Positions 63,100-64,000 of a stretch of DNA of 64,000 nt are shown here, in pieces. The notes under the pieces are model-generated. The model did not search any database and was not told where the DNA came from. It was given only the letters and a program-made list of their open reading frames with translations. This stretch comes from an uncultured Gammaproteobacteria bacterium. GTDB lineage: Bacteria > Patescibacteriota > Patescibacteriia > SBBC01 > CAIJZX01. Both the position numbers and the translations under genes were made by a program. Location: NCBI GenBank assembly GCA_964397195.1, contig CAYNGY010000005.1:685-64684 (forward strand), in the 5' to 3' direction. Position 1 is the stretch's first letter; every line of letters starts with the position of its first letter.

Positions 63100-64000
63100 T
63101 TACAGCACTATCCTCTTAACTATTTTGAGCGGTGACCCCGCCCACCAGAAGGTGGTGCCGCGTGATTCGGTAAACCAGGCCGGTTCACCAGACGCATCAT
63201 AGCGCTCTTTGAGCGAAATAGTGAATCGATTTTTCTCTGATGTAGGAATAAGGCGCGCGGGCATGCTGAGCGGGTCGGAATATTCTGGTCCAAAAACGAG
63301 CAGGGTTTGTTTGTGTGGAATGATCATGCGGAGACCCCAACGGCTTTCGTACAGACCCGCAAATTTTTTATATCGTGATGTCTGCGGTGAGGGCGCATCA
63401 TCGTACTCGCGGATAAGTCGCATGGCGCCGCCAGCAATTCCACCAGTGGGAGCAAACATGCGGTTCCCGATGACGCTGACACTTAGATCTGGTTTCGGGG
63501 CATAGACATACTGTGACGTGAAGCCGGCGAAACCGCCGCTATGTCCGATGACGCTCTCCTTGTCTATACGCCATGATGATATTCCGTATCCATATCGTTC
63601 TTTCGGGACGCCGGTTCTGGTCGTTGGATCCAGGAGGAGACGACGATATTTTTTTGGTACGATCGTTAACCGTTCCATGGTTAAGGTGCTGGCAAATTGA
63701 GCAAGGTCGGCGGCGGTGGAAATGAAGCCGGTCGCCGCGGCGTACCCGCGAGTGGCGGTGTGCGGAAATGGCGATTGTTTTTTGACGCCGAGCCGCGGAT
63801 AGCCAACGGCGAGATTTGGAATGGACGGGGCGTAATCTGGGTATGTATGGTGCAGCCGGAGGGGATGGAGAATATTTTTCGTAACGTACTCGGCGTAGGT
63901 CAAACCGGAAACCGATTCGATAACTGCGCCAAGGACTGCATATCCGAAGTTTGAGTACTTAAATCCAGCGACTGGCTTGGGCCAATGGGTAGCCCGGCGA
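63100..64000 (-). CDS. serine hydrolase (beta-lactamase/family VIII esterase-like), 5' end beyond window
   Basis: The reading frame continues upstream of the track's TTG start with no stop to the window edge. Contains the Y-S-N element (FKYSNFGYAVLG) and C-terminal AATGFISTAADLAQFA typical of class C beta-lactamase-fold hydrolases. Confidence 0.65.
   Translation of the reverse strand, partial: RRATHWPKPVAGFKYSNFGYAVLGAVIESVSGLTYAEYVTKNILHPLRLHHTYPDYAPSIPNLAVGYPRLGVKKQSPFPHTATRGYAAATGFISTAADLAQFASTLTMERLTIVPKKYRRLLLDPTTRTGVPKERYGYGISSWRIDKESVIGHSGGFAGFTSQYVYAPKPDLSVSVIGNRMFAPTGGIAGGAMRLIREYDDAPSPQTSRYKKFAGLYESRWGLRMIIPHKQTLLVFGPEYSDPLSMPARLIPTSEKNRFTISLKERYDASGEPAWFTESRGTTFWWAGSPLKIVKRIVL

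Overview
The window is a 64 kb chromosomal segment of a small-genome bacterium, about 55-60% GC and compact, with many 4-nt gene overlaps. Its 16S rRNA is divergent and unlinked from any 23S, which is typical of Patescibacteria/CPR lineages; that placement is an inference. Content in order: (1) a 5'-truncated 16S rRNA, followed by an odd 4.7 kb protein-coding insert before tRNA-Ile(GAT); (2) a NUDIX hydrolase, a membrane hydrolase and a poly-lysine micro-ORF; (3) a Wzx flippase plus two O-antigen-ligase/PglL-like (Wzy_C) genes; (4) ruvB, VanW, Hsp20, tRNA-Glu, an ABC exporter and an SPFH-Arc-membrane trio; (5) tsaD, valS behind a T-box-like leader, a PilB/GspE ATPase, DHH/NrnA and tsaE; (6) the origin region rpmH-rnpA-yidD-yidC / dnaA-dnaN with DnaA-box-like motifs and a DciA-like gene; (7) PBP1A and tyrS; (8) an alpha-glucan island with GalT-like, two glgA, an APH-like kinase and two GH57 genes (one fused to a UVR domain), then ruvC and yebC; (9) four consecutive GT-C-like polytopic membrane proteins; (10) a tandem array of four small TrbC/VirB2-like (T4SS-pilin-like) paralogs plus one 458-aa chimeric paralog carrying a peptidoglycan-binding domain, next to an orphan solute-binding protein, galU and cca; (11) another GT-C-like membrane protein, an EamA transporter and a 5'-truncated serine hydrolase. 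No CRISPR array, transposase or integrase was seen. Recurrent themes: promoters with an extended -10 element six or seven nt from the ATG, implying leaderless mRNAs; Asn/Thr/Ser-rich sequon-like tails on secreted proteins; and two small GC3-rich genes that look foreign. Coordinates I derived by hand may be off by 1-3 nt. All functional calls rest on motif recognition without database searches.
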